Shown one piece after another: positions 52,816-64,000 of a stretch of DNA of 64,000 nt; the stretch's first letter is position 1, and each line of letters opens with the position of its first letter. The translations under genes were made by a program, and so were the position numbers. The notes below the pieces were generated by a model. It had not been told where the DNA came from. It made no database searches and worked only from the letters and a program-made list of their open reading frames with translations. The DNA is from Malacoraja senta (lineage: Eukaryota). The stretch is from contig CM075989.1 in NCBI GenBank assembly GCA_038087875.1, positions 12,278,001 to 12,342,000 of the forward strand, given 5' to 3'.

Positions 52816-54896
52816 GTAAGACAGAAAAAGAAACAGCCCCTCTGCTAGAATTCACTCAAAAATCAGGTGCCCCCTATTATAGCTTAGACCATCTCATCTG
52901 TCCCTCTCCTTGGGCTTGTTGGCCTTCATTAGCTTCCTGTCCAATTTTAAGATTCTCGTTCTTGTTTATAAATCTGCAACTGCCTTTCCTCCCTCCAACC
53001 TCTAAACCCTGGCCTCTGTTTCCTATCTCAGCAAACCAGGTTTTGCAAGGCCACCATCTTTGTCATTGGTTACCTGGGCCCTGGACAATGGAATCTCCTT
53101 CTTAAACCTCATCACCTACTTTTGCCCCTTTTTACGAGAGTTTATCTTTTTTCCATACTTTGTTCATCGATCCTATTATCCTTTTGTGTGGTTTTTGTGT
53201 CAAAGTTTGAAAATGCTCCTATAAAGATATTGTGATATTGCCACTTTAAATGTGCTATATAAATACAAGTCTTTGCTCCTACATGTCTTTAATATGTTCT
53301 GCTAAGAAAACTGTTCTTGCAGCAATATGAAATTTCATCAGTTTCAAAAGAAAATTGCTGATGTGTTTACAGTTGCACTGTGTATCAGTTTTTTCAGAGA
53401 ACAAAAATTGGCTGCAGTGGAAAAATTCACTAAAAAAATAAAATTAAATGTGCACTTGACATCTTCCTTGTATAAGTGAGTTTGGTATTACAACTGCGCA
53501 TGCCCAGGTCATGGGTCATTCGGGATAAAGATTCTCGCTAGCTGAGCTACTGTGGGTACTGAACTGCATATTTTTTTCAATGAGATATGTAAATGTATCC
53601 GTCAAATATGTCAGCAGTACTCCGCAGCGTACTGCAGGCTGCACAAATCCGCAATTGTATCTATTTAAATTATTGACTCAATACAGCATCAGCCTTGAAA
53701 ACGCAAGAATGCCTGGAACGAACCTGTCAATTATCAAATCCCTGGCATTAGCCTGAATCACAGCCATTCAAATTCGATATTGGTTTACACGAATTACAAG
53801 TTGTGTGGTCAACCAATTTGAGACAGTCCTTGCATTCCTATCTAAATAACCTTCCTGGATTGAAGGAAACGAGGAGAATGTGCTGTGTGGGGGTCAGGGG
53901 TGGAAAAGTTCAGATTGGATTCGAACAGGCTGGTTAAACCTTTGAGGTGGGTTGGTTTAAATAAAGATGTTGTCGCTTTAACCTTCGGGGTTGGTTCCAG
54001 TCTTTCAGGGCACACAGATGGGAGCCGGATCCTGGTGACCGGACGACCGGGCAGTGATAATTATGAGAATTTGCAGCCAAACTAGAGGCTTCACTCAGGA
54101 GTGGGTCGGAGCTCCCCAGCTGACAGGATCTGTTCTCGCTCTCTTTGAAGAAGGCGCTGCCTGCCCCAGCGAGTGGGCAAACACGGAGCCAACCTGTGAT
54201 ATGAGTGGGAGCATTTTCTCAGTCAGACTTTGTCAACAGTTGGGGTGGGGGATCTGGGAGACAAAAAGCTGGCGATGCCGCATAGACGGAACAGTTTAAT
54301 AATGACACATTAAAATCAGCCCTTCGGCCACTCGGCAACCTGGGCTGATCTGAACCTCCACAAAATCTTTGGGCTTCATTCACACTGCCTGTAGGTAAAG
54401 CATCAGCCCACATCACACTGATCCAGTCGCTGCCTGCCTCAGATTAAATATATTTTTACATATAAATTATGAATAAAGATAAGAAAATGTTTCAAACACA
54501 AGTAATTTCTTATTTCAGTAGCAAACACGAAGGATTAAATGAAAATAATAAATTCTTTGACTTTTTGAATAATTGCAGATTAATGAACAGAACTGGGACT
54601 ATAAGTAGTGTGTGAACAGCAGAACAAGAAAGGAAGCTATTGAGTTGACAGAATTCTAGATTAATTCCTTGGTAGAATAGTTAACAATTTATACAGTTTA
54701 TACAGCACTGCGTTCGCATTTTAAAATCCAGAATGACCTTTGACAAATCCCATGATTTCTTGCGTTTAACGAGATACCAAACTCGCTTATTGTTATTCCG
54801 ATAGTGGGGATGTCCAACAGGAGCCCATAATCTCTTGCACTTGCTCCTTTGTTACTGTTCGCTTAAGATTTCTTGTTCAAACTTTATCAGAATATG

Positions 54897-55712
54897 ATAA
54901 AGGACAAGGACAAAGGACATTTATTGTCACATACACCAATTGGTGTAGTGAAATTTGAGTTGTCATTGCAGCACACCAATAAAATAAACACAACATTAAA
55001 GAATTTAACATTAAACATAATAACATCTCCCCACAATGGTTCCCACTGTGAGGGAAGGTAGCAAAGTTCAGTCCACTTCCTCTATTTTCACCCGTGGTCG
55101 GGGCCTATTGAGGCCTCCGCAGTCGCCGATGTTTCAGGCCCTCTCGCCCGAATGATGGAACTCCGGCGTCGGAAGAACCATCTTCAGCGGCTTGGAGTTC
55201 CGAAACAGCCACTAGCTACCGGAGACCGCGGCTTCCGAAGTCCACAGGCCGTGCTGGTCGGAGCTCCAACACTGGCGATCTTGGCGAAAGATCCTAGGCT
55301 CCACGGTGTTTAAAGTCAGCACCGTCGCGGCTGGACGCTCCGCAGACCCCCACAGCTCCAGAATGTTGAAGTCGGCAGTCACAGCACTCCGGAGCTCCAC
55401 ACGGCAACCCGGGTAAGGCATCGCCTGCTCCGCGTTTGTACCTCAGTACTGCGCTGCCGCTGAAGCTGCAGCTCGGAGCTCTGCGCGGTCTTCGGCAAGA
55501 AAGGCCACGCCAATCCAGGTGTTAGGCCGCGAGGAGGGGGCGAAGATGCGGCTCGGAGGAAGGACACTTCCTCGCCCAGGTAGGGACTGGAAGAAACGGT
55601 TCCCCCCTATCCCCCACATAAAAAAAGACTAAAAGGCCTCCAAAACAAAACTTTTAACAAAATTAAAATTAAAAAAGGGTGAAAAACTAACAGCTGCAGG
55701 TGAGGCTGCCAC
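54897..55712 (-). mobile_element. GC-rich non-coding retroposon (same family as 26670-28190)
   Basis: Shares ttcacccgtggtcggggcct and ggagaccg..gcttccgaagtccacaggcc..ggagctccaacactggcgatc with 27668-27880; tail GACAATAAA-(TGTCCT)n. Confidence 0.75.
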
Positions 55713-55980
55713 ATACTTTGGGAATTAAGCACGAATGTAATTCAAAATGTGCAGAAATAAGCTGCTGCCAGGATCATGTTATTCATGTTTAGGGAAGATG
55801 CATTCAATTTTCAGCAGCTAGTATGATAATATATTTTTGAGAACCCTTGACTATTTCATGAATATTTGAAGGGTATTCAGGAAGTTTGCGTCAAATTTTT
55901 ACTAAGAGCCTTCAGCTGCCTGGAAAGTTGTTGCCTCATTTTGAGCAAATGATTAATTTTTCCTTCCCCCTTGTATGAAG

Positions 55981-56103
55981 AGTGAAGATGTGAAGACTCT
56001 CCTGTGGCACATGGAGCATTGGGCTCACAGGCTGTACCCCAAACTACAATTTGAAGAATTCATTGGGAAAGTGGAAATCTTGGGAGGTAAAAAGGAAGTT
56101 CAG
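55981..56103 (+). CDS. TIPIN: TIPIN coding exon 4 (Swi3 domain)
   Basis: Translates [41 protein letters not shown]; acceptor tatgaag, donor CAG|GTAAAC. Confidence 0.96.
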
Positions 56104-56334
56104 GTAAACGATTTAGTGACATTGGCTTGAGTTTCAGTGTTCTGTTCTTAATCAGATAATTGTCAAAAAATAAATTTAATAAAGTGCTTGTTAGCTATTA
56201 AACATTTATGTTTGGCGCACAACACTGGATAGAATTGCTGTAGAGGGTACTGCTGTGATTAAATCTATTCCTGGATTGCACTTGGTTATTGCTGGTTAGA
56301 ATTGTAGGCTTGTTTCTATGGTGACCGTGCACAA

Positions 56335-56530
56335 CAGATGCTTGACCTCTGTTAGCTGTTAGTTTTCTACATGGTGAAACCAAAATGTTTAAAAAATACC
56401 TTTTAATTAAATCTGACAATGTGCACTTTATCCACATGGGATTTTTTTCTATTACAAATCTCAAATTGTGGAGTACTGAGGCAAATAAATAAATGATGGG
56501 TCTTTGTCCCAAACATTATGGAGGGCACTG
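56335..56530. mobile_element. Solo right end of a Tc1-family element
   Basis: Matches 59455-59608 and ends GGAGGGCACTG|TA. Confidence 0.8.
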
Positions 56531-57458
56531 TATACACATTTGGGTTTCATTGGAAGTAACATGAACAAATCTGCCCTTGATCTGTGTTTATTTTGAAACT
56601 CATTAACCAGCAGGCTAACTTGTTTAGTTTTCTCTTTTGATAATGCACTATGATTGAAATGAGTATTAAAGTTTCAAATTCATTACCTTATCAGATTCCA
56701 TGAAAGGTCAACCTGAACCCTCCACAGATGTAGCACAACCTGCTATCTCCAGAACCTTGCTTTTATTTCAAATGTTTAGCATTTACATATTTTACGTTTG
56801 TAAAATACAGAGGGACCTCCGAGTCCACACTTGTGTGATTGTGGTACAAACCTTCCTCGAACTAGAGACAACTTCTGAATGTTATTTGTCCACAAACTTG
56901 TGTTCTGTTTTTGTGCTTTTGGTAATGGCTCTATGTAAGCATTTTTCATTGGCAAATGTGTTAATATTCCCAATTCAATTTCATCAGCTAAATTGATATA
57001 ATGTACAGTAGTTGCAGATATTCTCAAACCCATTGCCATTAAGGTCAAGGGCAATCTCCTTGTACATAATTTCACAAAGTCATCACCAGAATCCTGATAG
57101 GACTGTGAAGGCGAATGAACAGTCTCAGTATAGCAACCAACAGTTTCTTTGGTCTTCCGCTCGGAAAAGTATGTGAGATACACGGAAGATTCCAGACTTT
57201 CAATTTGCAGAGCAAGTCCCCACTTCCCATTAAAGCTTTGCTTTTCATGAAAATTGGATCTTGTGGCATGTGTCATTAAGCAATCCAGTTCCTAGTACCA
57301 TTCCTGCATTTGTTCATTTTTACTTGTACTTGGACAGTATTTCTGAACTAAAATATTCATTAAGTGAAGATTGACATCTTGTGGAGAAAAGGTGGGGTCA
57401 TTAATAATTTCAGGCCAGTAACTTGCAACATTTAGTAACATTTGAATTTGCATTTCAG

Positions 57459-57522
57459 ACCTGTTTGAAGAAAATTCGACTTGATTTACCTATAACTAAT
57501 GAAGACTTTACATCAAATGAAG
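57459..57522 (+). CDS. TIPIN: TIPIN coding exon 5
   Basis: Acceptor catttcag; translates TCLKKIRLDLPITNEDFTSNE; 64 nt ending at a non-canonical donor AG|GCAAGT, phase 1, which matches the next exon. Confidence 0.92.
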
Positions 57523-57671
57523 GCAAGTGCTTTTGTTTTCTGATTGATGTTAAAAAAATATTTGTAAAAGTATTGTGTCCCTTGGAAAACAACAGCACGC
57601 TATTTGGGGGCTGCCTTAGAGAAAATCTAGCATTGAATCAATTGTGCCTGATGCTGAAGTTTTAACTTGTT

Positions 57672-58385
57672 CAATCACAATCACAATAATACTTTATTAG
57701 CCAAGTATGTTTTGCAACATACGAGGAATTTCATTTGCCAAGTCAGTCACACAAATAAAAAGCAACGGAACACATAAAATACATTTTAACAAAATACATT
57801 TTAACACCAGTGACTCCTCCACATTCCTCACGATGATGGAAGGCGAAAAAAAGTTCAAATCTCTTCCCTTCAATGCTCTCCCCCGGTCAGGGGCCTCGAG
57901 CCTTCCGTTGACGGGGTGATCATAGCTCCCGTAGTCGGCGGCGTTTGGGCCCTCTGCATCGGGGCGATCAGCTCTTGCATCGGGGGGGATGTCAGCTCCC
58001 CTGCACCGGCGATCGGACCCCGGGTCGGGGCTGGTCGAGTCTCTGCGTCGTTGGAGCTCCCGACTAGCCTCTCCCGAGACTGCGAGCTCTTGCTGCTAAG
58101 TCCACAGGGAAGGGATCAGCTCTGATGTTAAGTCCATGCCCCGTGGTGGGGCTCAAGTCAGTCCGAGGAGGCTTCCAGCTCCATTGATGGTACGCCGCAG
58201 TGACCGGAGATGTGACCCAGAAAACAATCGCATCTCCGGCAAGGTAAGAAACTGGAAAAAAGTTTCCTTTGACCCCCTCCCCCCACATAAAAGAAACCGG
58301 AGAACATTTACACAAACTTTTAACACACACCAAATTTTTTTTAAAAGGTCGAAAAAACAGACACTGTTGGCGGGGTTGCCAATCG
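57672..58385 (-). mobile_element. GC-rich non-coding retroposon, related subfamily
   Basis: Same architecture (tail repeat caatcacaatcacaat, gatggaaggc..aaagttca, GC core, ccccacataaaa end) with a diverged core. Confidence 0.6.
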
Positions 58386-58562
58386 TGCATTGTTTGGATA
58401 ATTCTCAAAGTTGTTTAAAGTAAACCCAGGTTAAAGTCTATAATTCAGTTTTGTTTTGGATAGGGGTGGTCATGGAAAAGGGTCTGGTCATTTTCTCAAA
58501 TCATTTTACGAATTGCAGATGAATGATGGTTCCAAGCTGCAAGGCTTGTGTTGGCTGAGTTA

Positions 58563-59608
58563 CAGTGCCCTCCATAATGTTTGGGACAAAGACTCATCAT
58601 ATATTTATTTGCCTCTGTACTCCACAATTTGAGATTTGTAATAGAAAAAAATCACATCTGGATAATATGCACGTTGTCAGATTTTATTAAAGGCAAGACA
58701 ATGCCCAGGCCATAACACCCCCACCACCGTGTTTCACAGGGGAGATGGTATGCTTTGGATCTTGGGCAGTTCCTTCTCTCCTCCATACTTTGCTCTTGCC
58801 ATCACTCTAATATAAGTTAATCTTCGTATCATCCGTCCACAAGACCTTTTTCCAGAACTGTGGTTGCTCCTTTAAGTACTTCTCGGCATACTATAATCTG
58901 GCCATCCTATTTTTGCAGCTAACCAGTGGTTTGCATCTTGCAGTGTAGCCTCTGTATTTCTGTTCATGAAGTCTTCTGCAGAGTGGTTATTGACAAATCC
59001 ACACCTGACTCCTGAAGAATGTTTCTGATCCGTCAGACAGGTGTTTGGGGATTTTTCTTTATTATGGAGAGAATTCTTCGGTCATTAGCTGTGGAGGTCT
59101 TCCTTGGCCTGCCAGTCCCTTTGCGATTAGAAAGCTCACCAGTGCTCTTTCTTCTTAATGTTACAAACAGTTGATTTTGGTAAGCCGAAGGTTTGACTGA
59201 TGTCTCTAACAGTTTTATTCTTGTTTCTCAGTCTCATAATGGCGTCTTTGACTTTCATTGGCACAACTTTGGCCCTCATGTTAATAAACAGCAATAAGTT
59301 TCCAAAGGTGATGGAAAGACTAGGTGGTGAGAGCTCCCTTATATCTGCATTAAGGAGGCAATTAAACACACTTGAGCAATTACAAACACCTGTGAAGCCA
59401 TGTGTCCCAAACATAATGGTGCCCTGAAATGGGGGGACTATGTATAAACACTGCTGTAATTTCTACATGGTGAAACCAAAATGTATAAAAATGGCCTTTA
59501 TTAAAATCTGACAATGTGCACTTTAACCACGTGATTTTTTTCTATTACAAATCTCAAATTGTGGAGTAGAGGCAAATAAATAAATGGTTGGTCTTATTGA
59601 GGGCACTG
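58563..59608 (-). mobile_element. Tc1/mariner element, internally deleted
   Basis: TA|CAGTGCCCTC...GAGGGCACTG|TA with long IRs and an internal direct repeat (~59400-59425); minus-strand transposase N-terminus MRAKVVPMKVKDAIMRLRNKNKTVRDISQTFGLPKSTV (paired-like HTH). Confidence 0.9.
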
Positions 59609-61607
59609 TACGTGCAGCTTTTTCCACTATACTTTTAATGGTGTAATGTTATTTCCTTTAAATAAGTGATAAAAGATTGTCCTTCCTGTGCAGTATGTAA
59701 ATGTGTGGTTGTTGAACTATACACACTCTCGCAATCTGACAAGAGATTGTTATGCTGATTTGTATCCAATACAGTGTTTTTAACAGTAGAATAAATCTTT
59801 CCCCTCTCCCCACCCCAGTTGGGTTTCTGGAACTTGCTATATGTAAAACTTCAAGACCAGCTTAATTTTGAGTTACTTCTGGAGATTAGTGGGTCTTGTC
59901 ACACACTATTGTCCAGACTGGGTAAGGACAGATTTCCTCCTGAAGGGCATCAGTGAACCTGCTTGTGTATTATTTCACCATTAAGGAAACACTGTTGTTA
60001 TTGCCTGTTCATAAAAACATTGCCGAAAGTGGTTATTTGCATGTTGACTCGGACAGCAAGGATAGAAGGGTTTTTCAAGGTGTGTGTATATACCAACCCT
60101 GATCTTCTGTGCAAATGGTAGCATGGAAGTGGGTATGTTAGCCCGAGATAGTAATATGAATGTTCACCTTTGTGCTTATAAGGCCCTTTATTTACTAATC
60201 ATTAAATAATGATATGGCCTTTGCTTCAATCACAATTTCTAATGGAGGATTCAGTCTTTTTATTTATAAAAAAACAAGAAACAGCTTAGAATTTGACATT
60301 GGCAGCAAGTTATCTGAATAAATTGATGACCACCGCCCAGAGTTGGCTCAATCCCATGCAGTGAGGATCTGCTTGTTGATGTGGTCTTCTACAATGTAGA
60401 AATAAAGAACTGCAGATGCTGGTTAATACACAAATGGACACAAAGTGCTGGAGTAACTCAGCCGATCAGGCGGCATCCCTGGAGAACATGGATGTGGTTC
60501 GAAACCCATCTTCAGATCCTGAAAAGGGTCTTGACTGGAACCGTCATCTATCTATATACTCAGATGCTGCCTGACCCGCTGTTACTCCAGCACTTTATAT
60601 ACTTCCGCAATGTAATTGGTTACATTGGTGATTAGTGAGGATTGATGGTGATATGTAGAAGAGGTTGTTGGTAGAATTAAGTCCACCCAAAAAAAGTAAT
60701 CAGTTTAAGCCGCTACATTAACTGTCTGTTATAATGTATTTTGCATTCAAAATTGAGTAAAAATGAATAAACACCCTCCATTCTAATTGACCCAATTCTC
60801 AATCAAAAACAATCATTCCACCCATTTTGCATAGAATTTGCTGCACTCGGAGTAGTTTGGTGTTTGGGCACAGTCAATAACAACAGGTCAAAAGACTTGG
60901 GACATGTGTTTTGTGCAGAAATGCTGATGACATTTCCCCACAAATTCAGGGCTATTGTTTCTCTTGCCCTCTTCCCAAACCTTATTACTGGCAATTAGTG
61001 CATTATTTCTGATGCACTTTCCAATGTGCATCAGAAATCTTCACCCCACTTTCTTACATAAACAGATGAGCAGAAACCAATTCATAAATTCTAAAATACT
61101 GTCTTCCCATCCAGCAATTCTCAAAAAAATAGGGATGGTCAGGGATTTTTGTTTCACCTTTATGGATTCCTACAGATTTAGCTCTTATCTCTATCCACCG
61201 AAACTTGCAGTGATCCATTACTACAATTTATATTTCTCCACTCTACTGACAACTCTGTCTGAAGTCACTAGGTAGGTCCTGTTATCTTCCAAATGAGGTA
61301 TTAAGTAAATCCTTGAATTTTTGTGGGCTTTTTGGTCTGAGTGCATCATAGCTGAGTTAAACAGTCCTACTACATTTATACACATTCTGATTTTTGCATT
61401 TTCCTTTACTGAATGTGATAGCAAACTGCAATGGGAAATGAGTGGTGGCATTTTGATGCTGCCATAACAAATGAACACTTAAAATTTTCTGATATCTACT
61501 TCGGTTAACATTCAGATAAATTCATGAAGGCTTCCAGAGAATTAATTGGAGATTTGTGATAAATTGACAAGCAAAAACCCTCTGAAATAAACTGTTTTTA
61601 TTTACAG

Positions 61608-61808
61608 TTCTGGAGAGTGAGGACAGGGTCCAAACTGATGATTTTGAAACTTCATTCGATGCAATGCCCAGCCAGCCAGTTTCAAAATTAACTCCAGGCT
61701 CCAGTGCACTCTCTGAGGAACAACAGCTTCAGATCGAGAGGAAAAAACAGCTCGCACTTGAGAGACGACAAGCAAGACTCCAGCTGACAAATCAAACCCC
61801 CTCCAATG
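61608..61808 (+). CDS. TIPIN: TIPIN coding exon 6
   Basis: Acceptor tttttatttacag; translates (V)[66 protein letters not shown] (cf. human [24 protein letters not shown]). 3' end uncertain: donor G|GTGATT at 61808, or read-through to TAA at 61817-61819. Confidence 0.9.
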
Positions 61809-62829
61809 GTGATTATTAAGTGCTTTTTAAAATGGAATTTACTGCAGGCCACTGATTTTTATACCAAAGGAAGTGGTAGTACGGTGACCTGTTTTTACTG
61901 TTTAAAACAGGAGAAGGTAGCAGTGGGATTTACTTTTATCTTCCTTCTGTGAAGGAGGATTTCATCAGTAGCTTATGCACAGGGAGGGATTGGAATTTAG
62001 TAGCCTACAAGTATGTATCCTTATCACCTGTTCCATTACACAGTGATTAAGTTGGTGCTGGAATACAATGTTATGGTCAAATGTGGTTCCTGGTGATAGG
62101 GCTTATGAAGTTGTCTGATATCTTGCAGCAATTTATGGAGCAAAATATACTTGCTGCCTAAGTTGAAGATGTGTACTGCTTTATACATACAGTCCTGCAC
62201 CAGCACATGCATTGCTTTTTTTGTTATGAGCAGATATTGCTCAATAATTCTCGAAATACGGTGCATTAATTGTAAACCACGTTCACTGTCGTACCGATTC
62301 GATCTAAAAGAAAATTAAGTTTTACTCTTGCAATTTCATTTATTTCAAAGTTACTTGAACACGCTCTCCTAATTAGAGTTTAAGGTGATAAAAAGTTGAT
62401 TATCTAATTAAACCATGCTGAAATTTTACGCATTGAGGGATTATGGTGTATTAGAGGTTCCATCCTGCCATTGTGACCCAGTCTGCCTCCTTGGGTGGTC
62501 CATGCAGTACCATGACTATATTCAAAGAGACAGCTTATTTCTAAACATCATTGAGTGTGAATTAAAAAAAATGTAGCCAGCTAGTTAATCTGCTCTGATT
62601 TGTAGATTTGAATCAAGACACTTCATTTCTGTAAACTCTACCCCATATTTGTTCTGTACAGCTTTGTGTGAAACTGTCTAATTTGGCAGGTAAAAAAATG
62701 ATCTAAATGGTTAAAAAATGCTGAGTGATCTGGGTGTTCTAGTTCACGAATCATCAAACGCATACAGCAAGTAATTAGGAAAACTGAAAACTTTACTACA
62801 AGGAGTTTAGTACAAAAAGGGATGTCATA

Positions 62830-64000
62830 CTTCATTTAAATGGGCCATTGGAGAGATCACAGCTTGAGCATAGGGCAGGGAAATTCTCATTACTTGGGAG
62901 AGAATGATAAGGCTAGAAGAATGTGTGCAAAGGAGATTTACTTGATTAATACCTGGCAGACAAGCTCAGCTTGGATCTTAAATTCAGAAGAGCGAGAGGG
63001 GATGATTTAAATGTAAATGATCCTGAGGGGTCTTGGCAGGGTAGATCTGGAGAGATCTTTTGTACAAGATGTTGGGTGAGGCTACATTTGGAATATTGTG
63101 TTCAGTTTTGGTCACCCTGCTATAGCAAAGACGTGTTAAGCTGGAAAGAGTACAGAGAAGATTTATAATTTTGCCAGGACTTGAGGATCTGAACTCTAGG
63201 GAGAGGATGATCAGGCTAGGACTTTATTATTTGGGGTGCAGGAGAATGAGAGGTCATCTTAGAGGTGTATAAGATCATCAAAGGAATAGATAGCAAAAAC
63301 AGGAAGGCAGATTATTATCTAAATGGTACCAAGTTGGGAAAAGGGGAAGTAGAACAGGATCTGGGGGTCCTTGTTCATCATTCAATGAAAGTAAGCATGC
63401 AGGTTCAGCAGGCAGTGAAGAAAGCGAATGACATGTTGGCCTTCATAACAAGAGGAGTTGAGTATAGGAGCAAATAGATCCTTCTGCAGTTGTACAAAGG
63501 CCTAGTGAGACCACACCTGGAGTATTGTGTGCAGTTTTGGTCCCCAAATTTTAGGAAAGACATTCTTGCTATTGAGGGAGTGCAGCGTTGGTTCACAAGG
63601 TTAATTCCCGGGATGGCGGGACTGTCATATGCTGAGAGAATGGAGCGGCTGGGCTTGTATACTCTGGAATTTAGAAGGATGAGAGGGTATATTATTGAAA
63701 CATATAAGATTATTAAGGGTTTGGACACACTAGAGGCAGGAAACATGTTCCCAATGTTGGGGGAGCCCAGAACCAGGGGCCACAGTTTAAGAATAAGGGG
63801 TAAGCCATTTAGCACGGAGATGAGAAAACACTTTCACACACAGTTGTGAGTCTGTGGAATTATCTGCCTCAGAGGATGGTGGAGGCCGGTTCTCTGGATA
63901 CTTTCAAGAGAGAGCTAGATAGGGCTTTTCAAGAGAGAGCTAGATAGGGCTCTTAAAGATAGCAGAGTCAGGGGATATGGGGAGAAGGCAGGAACGGGGT
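62830..64000 (+). mobile_element. Cluster of nested CR1 ORF2 3' fragments
   Basis: Repeated RPHLEYCVQFWSP and LGLYTLEFRRMRG motifs in at least three segments; the best-preserved starts ~63290 and has a stop at ~63475. Confidence 0.9.

Noticed and set aside
53440..54430. Mildly CpG-rich block in a TIPIN intron, possibly a transposon
   Set aside because: Could not identify termini, TSD or protein motifs; left unassigned.

Overview
Eukaryotic vertebrate genomic DNA, most likely from a cartilaginous fish (skate/ray-like; inferred from HE1/V-SINE, CR1, Rex1 and Penelope repeat content). It holds two divergently transcribed genes in the same arrangement as human 15q22. MAP2K1 (MEK1) coding exon 1 is on the minus strand (16599-16678, in a CpG island), and 1-16598 is its intron 1. 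TIPIN is on the plus strand, with a putative non-coding exon 1 at ~43500-43625 and coding exons at 49462, 50224, 52740, 55981, 57459 and 61608; its last exon probably lies beyond the window. The rest is mostly transposon-derived: CR1, L2, Rex1/Babar, Tx1/L1, Penelope, V-SINE, hAT, PIF/Harbinger, Tc1 and Helitron-like. Nearly all short ORFs in the track are spurious or TE remnants. I found no convincing new multi-gene system. The best second-look signals are >10 minimal hammerhead-ribozyme motifs in Penelope-derived repeats, a twin-primed (5'-inverted) Tx1 insertion, two 24-37 bp micro-hAT elements with 8-bp TSDs (one at the TIPIN promoter), a GC-AG TIPIN intron whose exon is bracketed by inverted Tc1 ends, a splice-donor-rich minisatellite at the TIPIN promoter, a CpG-rich Helitron-like insert, and a possible intronic scaRNA. 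Family assignments come from motif recognition by eye, not from database searches.
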